From assembly GCA_965203485.1 (NCBI GenBank), contig OZ241892.1, positions 3,296,001 to 3,360,000 of the forward strand: a stretch of 64,000 bases of DNA, in the 5' to 3' direction. The DNA is from Longimicrobiales bacterium. GTDB taxonomy: Bacteria; Gemmatimonadota; Gemmatimonadetes; Longimicrobiales; Gaopeijiaceae. Below, piece after piece: positions 50,663 through 59,773 of this stretch (position 1 is the first letter of the stretch; each line of letters begins with the position of its first letter). Below the pieces are notes generated by a model. That model saw only the letters and a program-made list of their open reading frames with translations, had not been told where the DNA came from and ran no database searches. The position numbers were made by a program, and so were the translations under genes.

Positions 50663-52599
50663 TCACGCGGCTCGACATCTCCATCGGCCCGGTTCAGGGC
50701 TTCGTTAGGCAATCCCGGCGAACTCGCGACCTGTGGGGCAGTTCCTACCTCTTGTCGTTCCTTTCGGCTCACGCGATGCACGGTGCCGAGCGGGCGGGCG
50801 GTCAAATTGTCCGGCCACTGGTGGCAAACGACGACCTCTACAAATGGGTGCAGGGTTCCCGGAGCGGCGAGGCGCCGCAGATCGGCTCTCTTCCAAACCA
50901 CTTTGTGGTCGAAGTCGATGGCGACGCACGTAGCGTGGCCGTTAGCGCGAGGGAAGCCCTCGCAACCGCGTGGCGGCAGGTGCACGAGTCCGTCTGGCGC
51001 AAGTTCGTGAAGCCAGTCGAATCGGCTGGGTTGGGCACGCGTGCCATTTGGGATCGCCAAGTGGATGCTTTCTGGGAGATGGCTTGGACAGCCGGCCCAG
51101 CGGGCGACAAACCGGAGCACCGAGGCATGCTGGCGCGACGGAAGCATTGGCGAATCCACGAGCCGACCGAAGAGCCCGGCGACAAGTGCACGATCATGCA
51201 TGACCTGCAAGAACTCTCGGGCTACGTTCGCGCAAGGGATCGCCGGAGTCAAGATCAGTTTTGGTGCGATCTAGGCACGCAGCTGGGAGCGTTGGATCGT
51301 CGCAACAACGAGCGGCTGTGCGCGGTCGCGTTCGTGAAGAGAATGTTTCCGAAAGTCGCGAAAGACGCACTGGGTTGGGATGTCGACCGATCACGATGGT
51401 CTTCAACTATCTACGTTGCGGCCGTGCCTTGGATCGACCGGGTGGCGACGGCGGCGCTCGAGAAGGCGAAATGTTACGCAAAAATCGTCGATGAACATGC
51501 TCCAAAGGGCGTCTTTGCCGAACAGCCGCTCATAAGGAAGGAGATCGGAAGCTTCGCGCGGTTGGATGCCAACTGGTTTCACGCCGAGTCCGTGAAGGAC
51601 GAGGATCGGTGTCCATTGCCGGACGGTGTCACCAGGGTCGGGGAAGTCCGTGAAGAACTTGCTATAATGCTGAAGACCATTTCCAAGACTAAAGACGAGT
51701 CGGGACGTCGGACTGGGGTTCCATCTCTCTACTATGCGCTCTTGCTCGCCGACGGCGACCGCCTGGGCCAATTGGTGGGGAAGTGCGGGAGTGAGTCGGT
51801 GGGAACAGCGCTGGCTGACTTTACTGGTGCCGTTGAAAGAATCGTGCGAAACCACGACGGCGTTACGATCTACGTCGGAGGTGACGACGTGATGGCAATG
51901 TTGCCGTTGCCGAAGGCCTTTCAATGCGCGGCCGAGTTGGAGAGACGCTACCGCAACGCGTTCCGGGACGGCCAGAAGACAGAGATGGAAGCCACGCTCT
52001 CGGCCGGGGTCGCTCTCGCGCACATTCGGTATCCGCTCAGTGGCGTGATTCGCGAAGCCCATCGCCTTCTCGACGATGTGGCCAAGAACGGCAACGGACG
52101 CGATTCGATGGCTGTCGGCGTCCTAAAACGGGGTGGATTGCACTGTCAGTGGACGACTACCTGGAAGCGTCGAGGAGAAGTTGAGCGGGTCCCTGCCCAG
52201 GCGCTTTTGGACGATTTGGTCGGCATTCTCAAGGATGCCGCACTTGATCCGGGCGTCTCGTCGGGACTCATCTATCGCGTGCGGGAGACGCTCACGATGC
52301 TGTGCGGGTGGGATCGCTGGGAGCCAGGAAAATGGGGTGGTGTGCCCGACGATCTTGACGTGCGGGCGTTTCTTCAAGCCGAAATCGCTCGAAGCTTCGC
52401 CGACCGCCGCGCGTCGGTAAGTGTGCCGAAGATGGTGGATCGAGCTAGACAGGCAAGCAATCTGGTCTACGACTTGCTCAAGCGGTCACGCGCCCCAAGT
52501 CCCGACGGACAGGAAACCGAAACCGTCGAAGTGGGCGTCGACGCTCTTCTGCTTGCACGGTTTCTGGCCGACGGTGGCGACGAAGAGGCGACGCGATGA
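50659..52599 (+). CDS. cas10: Type III-B large subunit Cas10/Cmr2 (no HD domain, intact cyclase motif)
   Basis: IGPVQGFV..SRRTRDLWGSSYLLS, YALLLADGDRLG, IYVGGDD. Confidence 0.96.
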   Translation: MITRLDISIGPVQGFVRQSRRTRDLWGSSYLLSFLSAHAMHGAERAGGQIVRPLVANDDLYKWVQGSRSGEAPQIGSLPNHFVVEVDGDARSVAVSAREALATAWRQVHESVWRKFVKPVESAGLGTRAIWDRQVDAFWEMAWTAGPAGDKPEHRGMLARRKHWRIHEPTEEPGDKCTIMHDLQELSGYVRARDRRSQDQFWCDLGTQLGALDRRNNERLCAVAFVKRMFPKVAKDALGWDVDRSRWSSTIYVAAVPWIDRVATAALEKAKCYAKIVDEHAPKGVFAEQPLIRKEIGSFARLDANWFHAESVKDEDRCPLPDGVTRVGEVREELAIMLKTISKTKDESGRRTGVPSLYYALLLADGDRLGQLVGKCGSESVGTALADFTGAVERIVRNHDGVTIYVGGDDVMAMLPLPKAFQCAAELERRYRNAFRDGQKTEMEATLSAGVALAHIRYPLSGVIREAHRLLDDVAKNGNGRDSMAVGVLKRGGLHCQWTTTWKRRGEVERVPAQALLDDLVGILKDAALDPGVSSGLIYRVRETLTMLCGWDRWEPGKWGGVPDDLDVRAFLQAEIARSFADRRASVSVPKMVDRARQASNLVYDLLKRSRAPSPDGQETETVEVGVDALLLARFLADGGDEEATR

Positions 52600-53732
52600 C
52601 CGGCGCCATCAAGTTCGGCCTTCAACTTCGTCCGTTGGACACGTGGTTCTTTCGCGACGGAACGCCCTTCTCGGCCGACGGGGCGCCGCAAGAAGACGTG
52701 AACAGCCTGTTCCCGCCGCACCCTGCGACCGTGGCAGGCGCCGTTCGGGCTTGGCTTGCCCTCCACAACGGCTGGAACGGCCGGGATCGGTGGTCGCCCG
52801 AGATATGCGAGGTGCTTGGCGACGGCCCGGACGAGCTGGGAAAGGTGTCCTTGGAGTGTCCCTTCATTCTTCGTTGCGGACGGCCGCTGTTCCGGGCGCC
52901 ACGGCACTTGCTTGGCACGACGAGCGCCGTCGGATGGAAGCCGCGCGTCTTGTTGCGCCCCGGCAACCCGGTCCTTTGCGACCTGGGCGATGATGTGCGC
53001 CTTCCCGCGCTCCTCGACGTTGCTTCCGGCTGGACCGACGCGAGACCTGGCGAAGACATCTGGCTCAATGAGGACGGGATGCGCGCCGTGCTGAAGGGAC
53101 GGCTTCCGCGCGACGGGGAAGTCATGCATTCCGAGTGCATCTGGGCCAAGGAGCCGCGCATCGGCCTAGAGAGAGATACAACAACCCGGACCGCCGAGGA
53201 AGGCATGCTTTATAGTTCGAGCCACGTCCGTCCAGGACGCGGCGTGTCGCTCGGCGTACGGATCGCTGGCGTCCCGGATCGCTGGACACGGCCTTTCGGT
53301 TCCCTGGTTCCATTGGGAGGCGAGAGTCGACTTGCGGAAGTCGGCGAGTGGGACGGGAACTTTTCGTTGGCGTCAGGCCAGGATCCCCAAAGACACGTGA
53401 CGCTGGTGGCGTTGTCGCCGCTGGATTTGCCGCAAGACGTCTATCGTGGCCGTGGACGGTTGCCTTTGACGGATTTCGGCGATGCGCTGGTGGTGAGCGC
53501 CTGCCTTGGCCGTCCGCAACGCGTCGGCGGTTGGGATTCGCGGAAGCGACGACCGGTGCCCATGAAGTCCGTCCTGGCCCCCGGTAGCGTGCTGTTCTGC
53601 GAATTGCCAGCAACGCCCGCGGAGGATAGCCTGCCGAGCGACGGCCTGATGCGCGTCGGCGCCCGCCAGGAGTGGGGGTTCGGACTGGTGGCTGTCGGCC
53701 GCTGGCCATGCACAGAGGAGATGAACCCATGA
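52596..53732 (+). CDS. cmr3: Type III-B protein Cmr3
   Basis: PLDTWFFRDG.PF, PPHPATVAGA, E.RIGL, LGGESR, GGWD, GFG. Confidence 0.95.
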   Translation: MTGAIKFGLQLRPLDTWFFRDGTPFSADGAPQEDVNSLFPPHPATVAGAVRAWLALHNGWNGRDRWSPEICEVLGDGPDELGKVSLECPFILRCGRPLFRAPRHLLGTTSAVGWKPRVLLRPGNPVLCDLGDDVRLPALLDVASGWTDARPGEDIWLNEDGMRAVLKGRLPRDGEVMHSECIWAKEPRIGLERDTTTRTAEEGMLYSSSHVRPGRGVSLGVRIAGVPDRWTRPFGSLVPLGGESRLAEVGEWDGNFSLASGQDPQRHVTLVALSPLDLPQDVYRGRGRLPLTDFGDALVVSACLGRPQRVGGWDSRKRRPVPMKSVLAPGSVLFCELPATPAEDSLPSDGLMRVGARQEWGFGLVAVGRWPCTEEMNP

Positions 53733-54571
53733 AAACAGCCATGCTCGGTTTTCTGGCCGAGACGCCGGTACACCCCGGCACAGGACGCGGGATGGGCGTC
53801 GTGGATCTACCAGTAGCTCGCGAGGCCGCCACCGACTATCCGGTCATCGTCGGGTCGAGCCTCAAGGGTGCTCTGCGGGACAAGGAGCAACGGCGGGGTC
53901 AAGACGAGAAGTCCGAGCGACTCTTCGGGAAGGCGGACCAAGCCGGCGACCTCATCATCTCTGACGGCAGGTTGCTGTTGCTTCCGGTTCGCAGCTTGAC
54001 GTCCGCCTACTGCTGGGCGACATGCCCGCACCTGCTGGAACGCTACCGGCGCGATTTAAGGCGTGCGGGTCTGATGTCGCGTGCGGGTCTGATGTCGAAG
54101 TTGATGCTTCCCAACATGGAAAGCAACTTGGACGTCTTGGCCGCCGCCGACGGCGAGCACCTGTTCCTTGAAGAACGACAGTTTTCCATCAAGGGCCAGC
54201 CGCCAGACGAGTTGGTCGAAGCACTCGAGCCGCTCATGCTTCACGAAGAGACCGCACAGCGACTACATAAGCAGTTGGTTGTCCTGCACGACGACGCCTT
54301 CGCATGGTTCGCCAGATATGGCCTCGCCATACAGGCGCGCAATGTCCTAGACGAGAAGAAGAGGAGCAAGAATCTGTGGTATGAAGAGACGTTGCCACCG
54401 GACACGCTGATGTATGCTCTGGTGGCTAGCCGCAACGGAACGCCAACCAACGACCTCAAGCCGATTTTTCGGATGAATGACCCGTATCTCCAAGTTGGTG
54501 GCAACGAAACTGTTGGGCACGGCTGGTTTGTGGTCACGGTGCACCCTGCTGACGACGGAGGCAATCAATGA
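53729..54571 (+). CDS. cmr4: Type III-B RAMP backbone RNase Cmr4
   Basis: HPGTG....VVDLPVARE with catalytic Asp, GSSLKGALR, LWYEE.LP, QVGGNETVGHG. Confidence 0.96.
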   Translation: MKTAMLGFLAETPVHPGTGRGMGVVDLPVAREAATDYPVIVGSSLKGALRDKEQRRGQDEKSERLFGKADQAGDLIISDGRLLLLPVRSLTSAYCWATCPHLLERYRRDLRRAGLMSRAGLMSKLMLPNMESNLDVLAAADGEHLFLEERQFSIKGQPPDELVEALEPLMLHEETAQRLHKQLVVLHDDAFAWFARYGLAIQARNVLDEKKRSKNLWYEETLPPDTLMYALVASRNGTPTNDLKPIFRMNDPYLQVGGNETVGHGWFVVTVHPADDGGNQ

Positions 54572-54948
54572 GGACGTATGAACAAAAAAGAGCAACAGAC
54601 GCGCTGACACGCGTTGAACAGATCGATAAGTCTGAGAACAGTGAAAAAAAGAAAAACTACCGAGCTTACGTAGATCGGCTTGGACCCACGATCGTTGTAA
54701 ACGGCTTGGGCCAGGCGCTCGCATCGGAACTCGCCGCGGATGACCCGTTGCACAAGAAGCTATATAAGAATCTGAAAGGTTGGCTTTGTAGAGACAACGG
54801 CGTATATCCGAAGGATAAGGACCTTCTCCGTGCTATAATGGAACATGACGAATCAAAGTACCTTCGCGCTCAGGCGGAGGCGTTGGCATGGTTGGAATGG
54901 CACAAGAAGTTCTGCCGAGCCAAGTTCCCCAAAGGCGAGGACGATTGA
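54568..54948 (+). CDS. cmr5: Type III-B small subunit Cmr5
   Basis: EQKRA, I..NGLGQALA, EALAWLEW.KKF. Confidence 0.93.
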   Translation: MRTYEQKRATDALTRVEQIDKSENSEKKKNYRAYVDRLGPTIVVNGLGQALASELAADDPLHKKLYKNLKGWLCRDNGVYPKDKDLLRAIMEHDESKYLRAQAEALAWLEWHKKFCRAKFPKGEDD

Positions 54949-54949
54949 G

Positions 54950-56029
54950 GTGGTTCGGCCGCTCTATCGCATCCTGGACGAAGGTGCTCCACCTCGGGTA
55001 CAGCAGGGACATGCGGGTTTGTGGTTCGACAAGTTCTGCGACAAATGGCAAGTGCGGTCCCAATGGGAGATGGGTCAGAACAAGCTGAAGTGGATTGTCG
55101 AATTGACGAAGGAAAAGGTTGGCGGATCATGTCGGGAGAATGCCCATCGGTTGATGAGACTAGCGCAGGCCGCAGGCGGGTGCGCCCAAATCTTCACGAC
55201 GGAATCCCGCTTCGTGACTGGATTAGGGCGCAGTCATCCCGTCGAAAACGGCTTTGCATGGCACCCGACAATGGGCACGCCTTTTCTTCCGGGAAGCTCG
55301 GTCAAGGGGATGATTAGAGCGTGGGCCGAGGCGGAACAGGTGCCCCCATCCGCGTATGAAGGATTGCTCGGATCGGCGGGATCAGTGGGCCGCGTAATCT
55401 TCTTGGACGCGATTCCCACAGAACCGGTGTCGCTGGAAGCCGATGTGATGACGCCCCATTTCGGAGGATGGGACGAGAGCAATCCGCCTGGCGATTGGCG
55501 GTCACCCAAGCCTATCCCGTTCTTGGTTGCGGCGGTTGGGACGCCTTTTCTTTTCTGCCTCGTCCCGACTCCGACGACGAAGGATGACGAGCTAGCCGTC
55601 GCGTCACGGTGGTTGCACGATGCGCTTGCTTGGGCCGGAGCAGGAGCGAAGACGGCCGTGGGCTATGGACGGATGACGCGGGACGAGGAGCGTGAGGGCG
55701 ACCTTCGCAACGAACTCAAGGAACGCGAGGTGGGGGTACGGAGACAACGGGAAAAAGAAGGCCGCTTGGCGGCAATGAGTCCGCTCGAACGAGAGATCGA
55801 TCAAATCCTGACGAACCGGGACGACAAGGGCGTGCCAAGCAGCACGGTCATCTTCAAAGAAATCAAGCGCGGTCGCTGGCAAGGCGACGACAAGAAGGCG
55901 GCGGCGATGCGGTTGGAAACGATGATGAAGGAGGAGAAGAAATGGAGGCCGAAGAGCCAGAAGAAGCGTCCCGAGAAGGACACGGCCCACCGGAGGACCG
56001 GTCGCATTCAGGAATGGCTGAACGAATGA
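54950..56029 (+). CDS. cmr6: Type III-B RAMP protein Cmr6
   Basis: TGLG.SHPVENG, G.PFLPGSSVKG, DVMTPH, P.PI.FL, GAGAKTAVGYG. Confidence 0.96.
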   Translation: MVRPLYRILDEGAPPRVQQGHAGLWFDKFCDKWQVRSQWEMGQNKLKWIVELTKEKVGGSCRENAHRLMRLAQAAGGCAQIFTTESRFVTGLGRSHPVENGFAWHPTMGTPFLPGSSVKGMIRAWAEAEQVPPSAYEGLLGSAGSVGRVIFLDAIPTEPVSLEADVMTPHFGGWDESNPPGDWRSPKPIPFLVAAVGTPFLFCLVPTPTTKDDELAVASRWLHDALAWAGAGAKTAVGYGRMTRDEEREGDLRNELKEREVGVRRQREKEGRLAAMSPLEREIDQILTNRDDKGVPSSTVIFKEIKRGRWQGDDKKAAAMRLETMMKEEKKWRPKSQKKRPEKDTAHRRTGRIQEWLNE

Positions 56030-56110
56030 GTCGGGCAGTCCGCATGGTGAAGCCAAATGGCCAAGAAGTCTCTTAGCTGGCCCGCAAGTTCCACGGCGAC
56101 CTCAGGCCCC

Positions 56111-57745
56111 ATGCGCTTCTTCAACACCACGGGCCCCGTAGTCGCGGCGGACCACTACCATATTCCGCCTCTCGAGCGCTGGGACTTGGCGGAAATCCGC
56201 AGGCTCATCGCCGAGAAGCGCTACTTCGTGCTTCACGCGCCGCGCCAGACGGGCAAGACCTCTTCGTTGCTGGCCCTGCGCGACCTGCTGAACTCGGAGG
56301 GCGGCCACCGGTGCGTCTACGTCAACGTGGAAGGGGCGCAGGCGGCGCGGGAGGATGTGGGCCGGGTCGTTCGCACGGTGCTGTCTGAGACGGCGTCCCG
56401 GGCAAGCGACGCGTGGGGCGACGAGCACCTGGAGAACATTTGGCCGGACGTGTTGGAGCGTCGCGGTCCGGACAGTGCGTTGCGAGTGGCCTTGACGCTC
56501 TGGGCGCGGGCCGAGCCGAAGCCGCTGGTGCTGCTGGTCGACGAGATCGACGCCCTGGTGGGAGATTCGTTGCTGTCGGTATTGCGCCAGTTGAGGGCGG
56601 GGTACGACATGCGGCCGGCGGGGTTTCCGCAGAGCGTGGTGTTGTGCGGGGTGCGCGACGTGCGGGACTTCCGCATCCACTCGGGTTCGGCGAACATGCT
56701 GGTGGCCGGCGGCAGCGCGTTCAACGTGAAGGCGGCGTCGTTGCGGCTGGGCGACTTCAGCGAGGAGGACGTCCGGGCCTTGCTGGGACAGCACGCGGAG
56801 GAGACGGGACAAGCGTTCACGGACGGGGCGCTGGAGACGGCGTGGGCCCAGACGCGCGGCCAGCCCTGGCTGGTCAACGCGCTGGCGTACGAGGCGTGCT
56901 TTCGCGGCCCGGAGGCCCGAGATCGTTCGCGGCCGGTCGGCGAGCCGGACGTATGGGCGGCCAGGGAGGCGCTGATCCTGCGGCGCGACACGCACTTGGA
57001 CCAGCTGGCCGACAAGTTGCAGGAGGAACGGGTGCGGCGGGTGATCGAGCCGCTGCTGGCGGGCGGCGGTCCCAAGGAATTCGGGCCGCCGGACCTGGAG
57101 TACGTGCAGGACCTGGGGCTGGTGGCGCGCGACCTGCCGGTCCGCATCGCGAACCCGATCTACGCGGAGGTGGTGCCGCGGGAGCTCAGCTGGGGCCCTC
57201 AGACGCACTTGGAGCAAGACCCGGCTTGGTACGTGGACGCGGACGGCGGGCTCGACCTGGACAAGCTTCTGGCGGCGTTCCAGGAATTCTTCCGCGAGCA
57301 TTCGGAGCACTGGGTGGAGCGGTTCCAGTACAAGGAGGCGGGACCGCAACTGCTCTTGCAAGCGTTTCTGCAACGGGTGGTGAACAGCGGGGGGCGCATC
57401 GAGCGGGAGTACGGTTTGGGCCGGCGGCGGACGGACCTGCTGGTGATCTGGCCCCGGAGCGCGGGTCGTTCGGGGGACGGGGAGAGGCCGCGGGAGGGGG
57501 TCGGCGGGCTGATCGGAGACGGTTCCCAGAAGTTCGTCGTCGAATGCAAGGTCTTGAGCAAGAGCTTGGAGCGGACGGTCGCGGAGGGAGTGGAGCAAAC
57601 GGCGGCGTACATGGACGGATGCGGCGCCGAGGCCGGGCACTTGGTGGTGTTCGACCGCCGGGCGGGGCGAAGCTGGGACGAGAGAGTGTTCGGATTCAGC
57701 CGCAGGGCCGAGAGCGGCGCCGAGATTCGGGTCTGGGGGATGTGA
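56111..57745 (+). CDS. AAA-like ATPase with C-terminal PD-(D/E)xK-type domain (paralogue 2)
   Basis: Same motifs and long identical stretches shared with 29567-31177. Confidence 0.88.
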   Translation: MRFFNTTGPVVAADHYHIPPLERWDLAEIRRLIAEKRYFVLHAPRQTGKTSSLLALRDLLNSEGGHRCVYVNVEGAQAAREDVGRVVRTVLSETASRASDAWGDEHLENIWPDVLERRGPDSALRVALTLWARAEPKPLVLLVDEIDALVGDSLLSVLRQLRAGYDMRPAGFPQSVVLCGVRDVRDFRIHSGSANMLVAGGSAFNVKAASLRLGDFSEEDVRALLGQHAEETGQAFTDGALETAWAQTRGQPWLVNALAYEACFRGPEARDRSRPVGEPDVWAAREALILRRDTHLDQLADKLQEERVRRVIEPLLAGGGPKEFGPPDLEYVQDLGLVARDLPVRIANPIYAEVVPRELSWGPQTHLEQDPAWYVDADGGLDLDKLLAAFQEFFREHSEHWVERFQYKEAGPQLLLQAFLQRVVNSGGRIEREYGLGRRRTDLLVIWPRSAGRSGDGERPREGVGGLIGDGSQKFVVECKVLSKSLERTVAEGVEQTAAYMDGCGAEAGHLVVFDRRAGRSWDERVFGFSRRAESGAEIRVWGM

Positions 57746-57905
57746 TGCGACGCTTGAAGAGGTCAAGGTTGAGCCCCCCACGCGTAGTGGAGCGGACCCC
57801 TGCTCCGGAGTGACACTTCGGCGACGGGCGAACCGCATCCGAGGTAGCCGAACTGCAGGACGCTGACGATGCTCGGGCGGCGTCGCGGATCGACCGCGGA
57901 CCGTG

Positions 57906-57945
57906 GACAGATTGATGGGGGAATCTGTCCGAGAATCTGTCATGG
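57906..57945 (-). repeat. Right copy of the 40-bp inverted repeat pair
   Basis: GACAGATTGATGGGGGAATCTGTCCGAGAATCTGTCATGG on the + strand. Confidence 0.92.
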
Positions 57946-58034
57946 ATCGACGCGGTCCCCTGGGTGGTCCGGCCCCGTCGCGGCACTTCTCGGCGGGGGC
58001 GCAAGTGCTTCCATCTGCCCGAGAGCTGATCAGT

Positions 58035-58085
58035 ACGTTAAACCTTGCTGTTTTCTCTTTCTTACCATCTTATTTTGAGATCGTT
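58035..58085 (+). promoter_or_regulatory. AT-rich candidate promoter for fic/cas3
   Basis: Conspicuous AT-rich stretch (TTAAACCTTGCTGTTTTCTCTTTCTTACCATCTTATTTTGAGA) in GC-rich DNA just upstream of fic. Confidence 0.4.
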
Positions 58086-58113
58086 CTCCCCCAACACGAC
58101 GGAGCACCAAGCA

Positions 58114-59676
58114 ATGGCCTGCCAGGTCCCTGACCGGCCGTCAACCACCACGCCTCAAGCATCCGCATCCGCGACGCCCGCGAAGGCCGCCGTCGCATTG
58201 GCCGCGGCACCCGAGGCGTTCGTGTCCACCAGAGCCGTCAGCCGCGCCGTCTGGCGGGCTGTCCAGGGCGGCAAGCTGCGGAAGCTCGGCTCCCGCCTCT
58301 ACACCAAGAACTTGACCGATCCGCCCGAGGTCGTCGTGCGCCGCAACCTCTGGGCCATCGTCGCGGGATACTTTCCCGGCGCGGTCGTCGCCGACCGCAC
58401 GGCGTTCGAGGTCGGCCCCGCCTCGGACGGCTCCGTCTGCGTCGTCGCCGCGCGGGGGCGGAACATCGAGTTGCCGGGGGTCGTCCTCCGTCCTCGCCGG
58501 GGCGCGGGGCCGATCGAGCTGGACCGGCCGTTCATGGACGGCCTCCACTTGAGCTCGCGGGCGCGGGCGTTCTTGGACAACATGCGGTCCAGCCGGGCGA
58601 GAGGCGGGCGCGTGCCGCGGACCCTGTCCCGCCGAGAGATCGAAGAGCGCCTGGACGCCCTGATTTCCCTGTCGGGCGAAGCGGCGGCCAATCGACTGCG
58701 CGACCAAGTGCGGATCGCGGCGGCGTCCTTGGACATGCACGACGAAGCGGCGGCTCTGGACGACTTGATCGGCGCGCTCCTGGGTACCCGCCGAGCCCGG
58801 CTCGCGTCCCCCGCGGCCCGGGCACGCAGGCGAGGCCGTCCCTTCGACGCCCGCCGGGCCACCCTCTTCGAAGCGTTGCATCGCGCTCTTCGGGACTACC
58901 CGCCGCGGGTCGTCCCCGCACCGCCGCGCAACCCCGTCGCCCGAAAGACGCTGGCCTTCTTCGAGGCGTACTTCTCGAACTTCATCGAAGGCACCGAGTT
59001 CAGCGTCGAAGAAGCGGCCGGCATCGTGTTCGAAGGCAACGTCCCGGCGGAACGCCCGGCGGACGCCCACGACGTGGCGGGCACGTGGCGCTTGGTGTCC
59101 GACGACGCCGAGATGGTCCGGACCCCGGACAGCGTCCGCAGCCTCGAAGCGCTGCTCCGGTCGCGCCACCGAACGATCATGGGCGCGCGGCCCGACACGC
59201 GGCCCGGCGAGTTCAAGTCCGTGCCCAACCGAGCCGGGGCGACGGTCTTCGTGGCTCCCGAGCTCGTGCGCGGGACGCTGGAGCAGGGCTTCGGACATTG
59301 GCGGAGCCTGGAGACGCCCTTCCAGCGCGCCGTCTTCGCGATGTTCCTCGTGACCGAGGTCCACCCCTTCGCGGACGGCAACGGACGAGTGGCCCGCGTC
59401 ATGATGAACGCGGAACTGGTGGCCGCCGGAGAACACCGCATCCTGGTGCCCACGGTCTTCCGCGCCAACTACCTCGCGGCGCTCCGGGCCCTGTCGCGCA
59501 CGGACCGCCCGGAACCCCTCGTCCAGGCGATCGACTACGCCTGGCGCTGGACGGCCCAGGTCCCGTGGCGCTCGCTGGACGAGACGCGCCGGGAACTCGA
59601 GGAGCGCCACGCCTTCCTGGACCCGGACGAGGCCGAAGCCGAGGGGAAGCGGCTGCGGATGCCCGGCGGCCCTTGA
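58114..59676 (+). CDS. Fic family protein with long N-terminal region
   Basis: Canonical HPFADGNGRVAR; FFEAYFSNFIEGT. Confidence 0.93.
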   Translation: MACQVPDRPSTTTPQASASATPAKAAVALAAAPEAFVSTRAVSRAVWRAVQGGKLRKLGSRLYTKNLTDPPEVVVRRNLWAIVAGYFPGAVVADRTAFEVGPASDGSVCVVAARGRNIELPGVVLRPRRGAGPIELDRPFMDGLHLSSRARAFLDNMRSSRARGGRVPRTLSRREIEERLDALISLSGEAAANRLRDQVRIAAASLDMHDEAAALDDLIGALLGTRRARLASPAARARRRGRPFDARRATLFEALHRALRDYPPRVVPAPPRNPVARKTLAFFEAYFSNFIEGTEFSVEEAAGIVFEGNVPAERPADAHDVAGTWRLVSDDAEMVRTPDSVRSLEALLRSRHRTIMGARPDTRPGEFKSVPNRAGATVFVAPELVRGTLEQGFGHWRSLETPFQRAVFAMFLVTEVHPFADGNGRVARVMMNAELVAAGEHRILVPTVFRANYLAALRALSRTDRPEPLVQAIDYAWRWTAQVPWRSLDETRRELEERHAFLDPDEAEAEGKRLRMPGGP

Positions 59677-59773
59677 TTCCGGGCGCCGGTTGCGTACCTT
59701 GATCGTGCCCTTCCCGACATCCCGCCCCATCCACTGGAGGATCGGGCTCTTTGCATCAGGCCTGGCTGAACGG

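Noticed and set aside
47255..57955. Target-site duplication around the inverted repeats
   Set aside because: Flanks differ (GGCCG before TGAC versus TGGAT after GTCA), so transposition is not demonstrated.
57746..58113. Possible CRISPR array between the two cas operons
   Set aside because: No repeat-spacer periodicity. The 40-bp element occurs once here, in inverted orientation to its partner.
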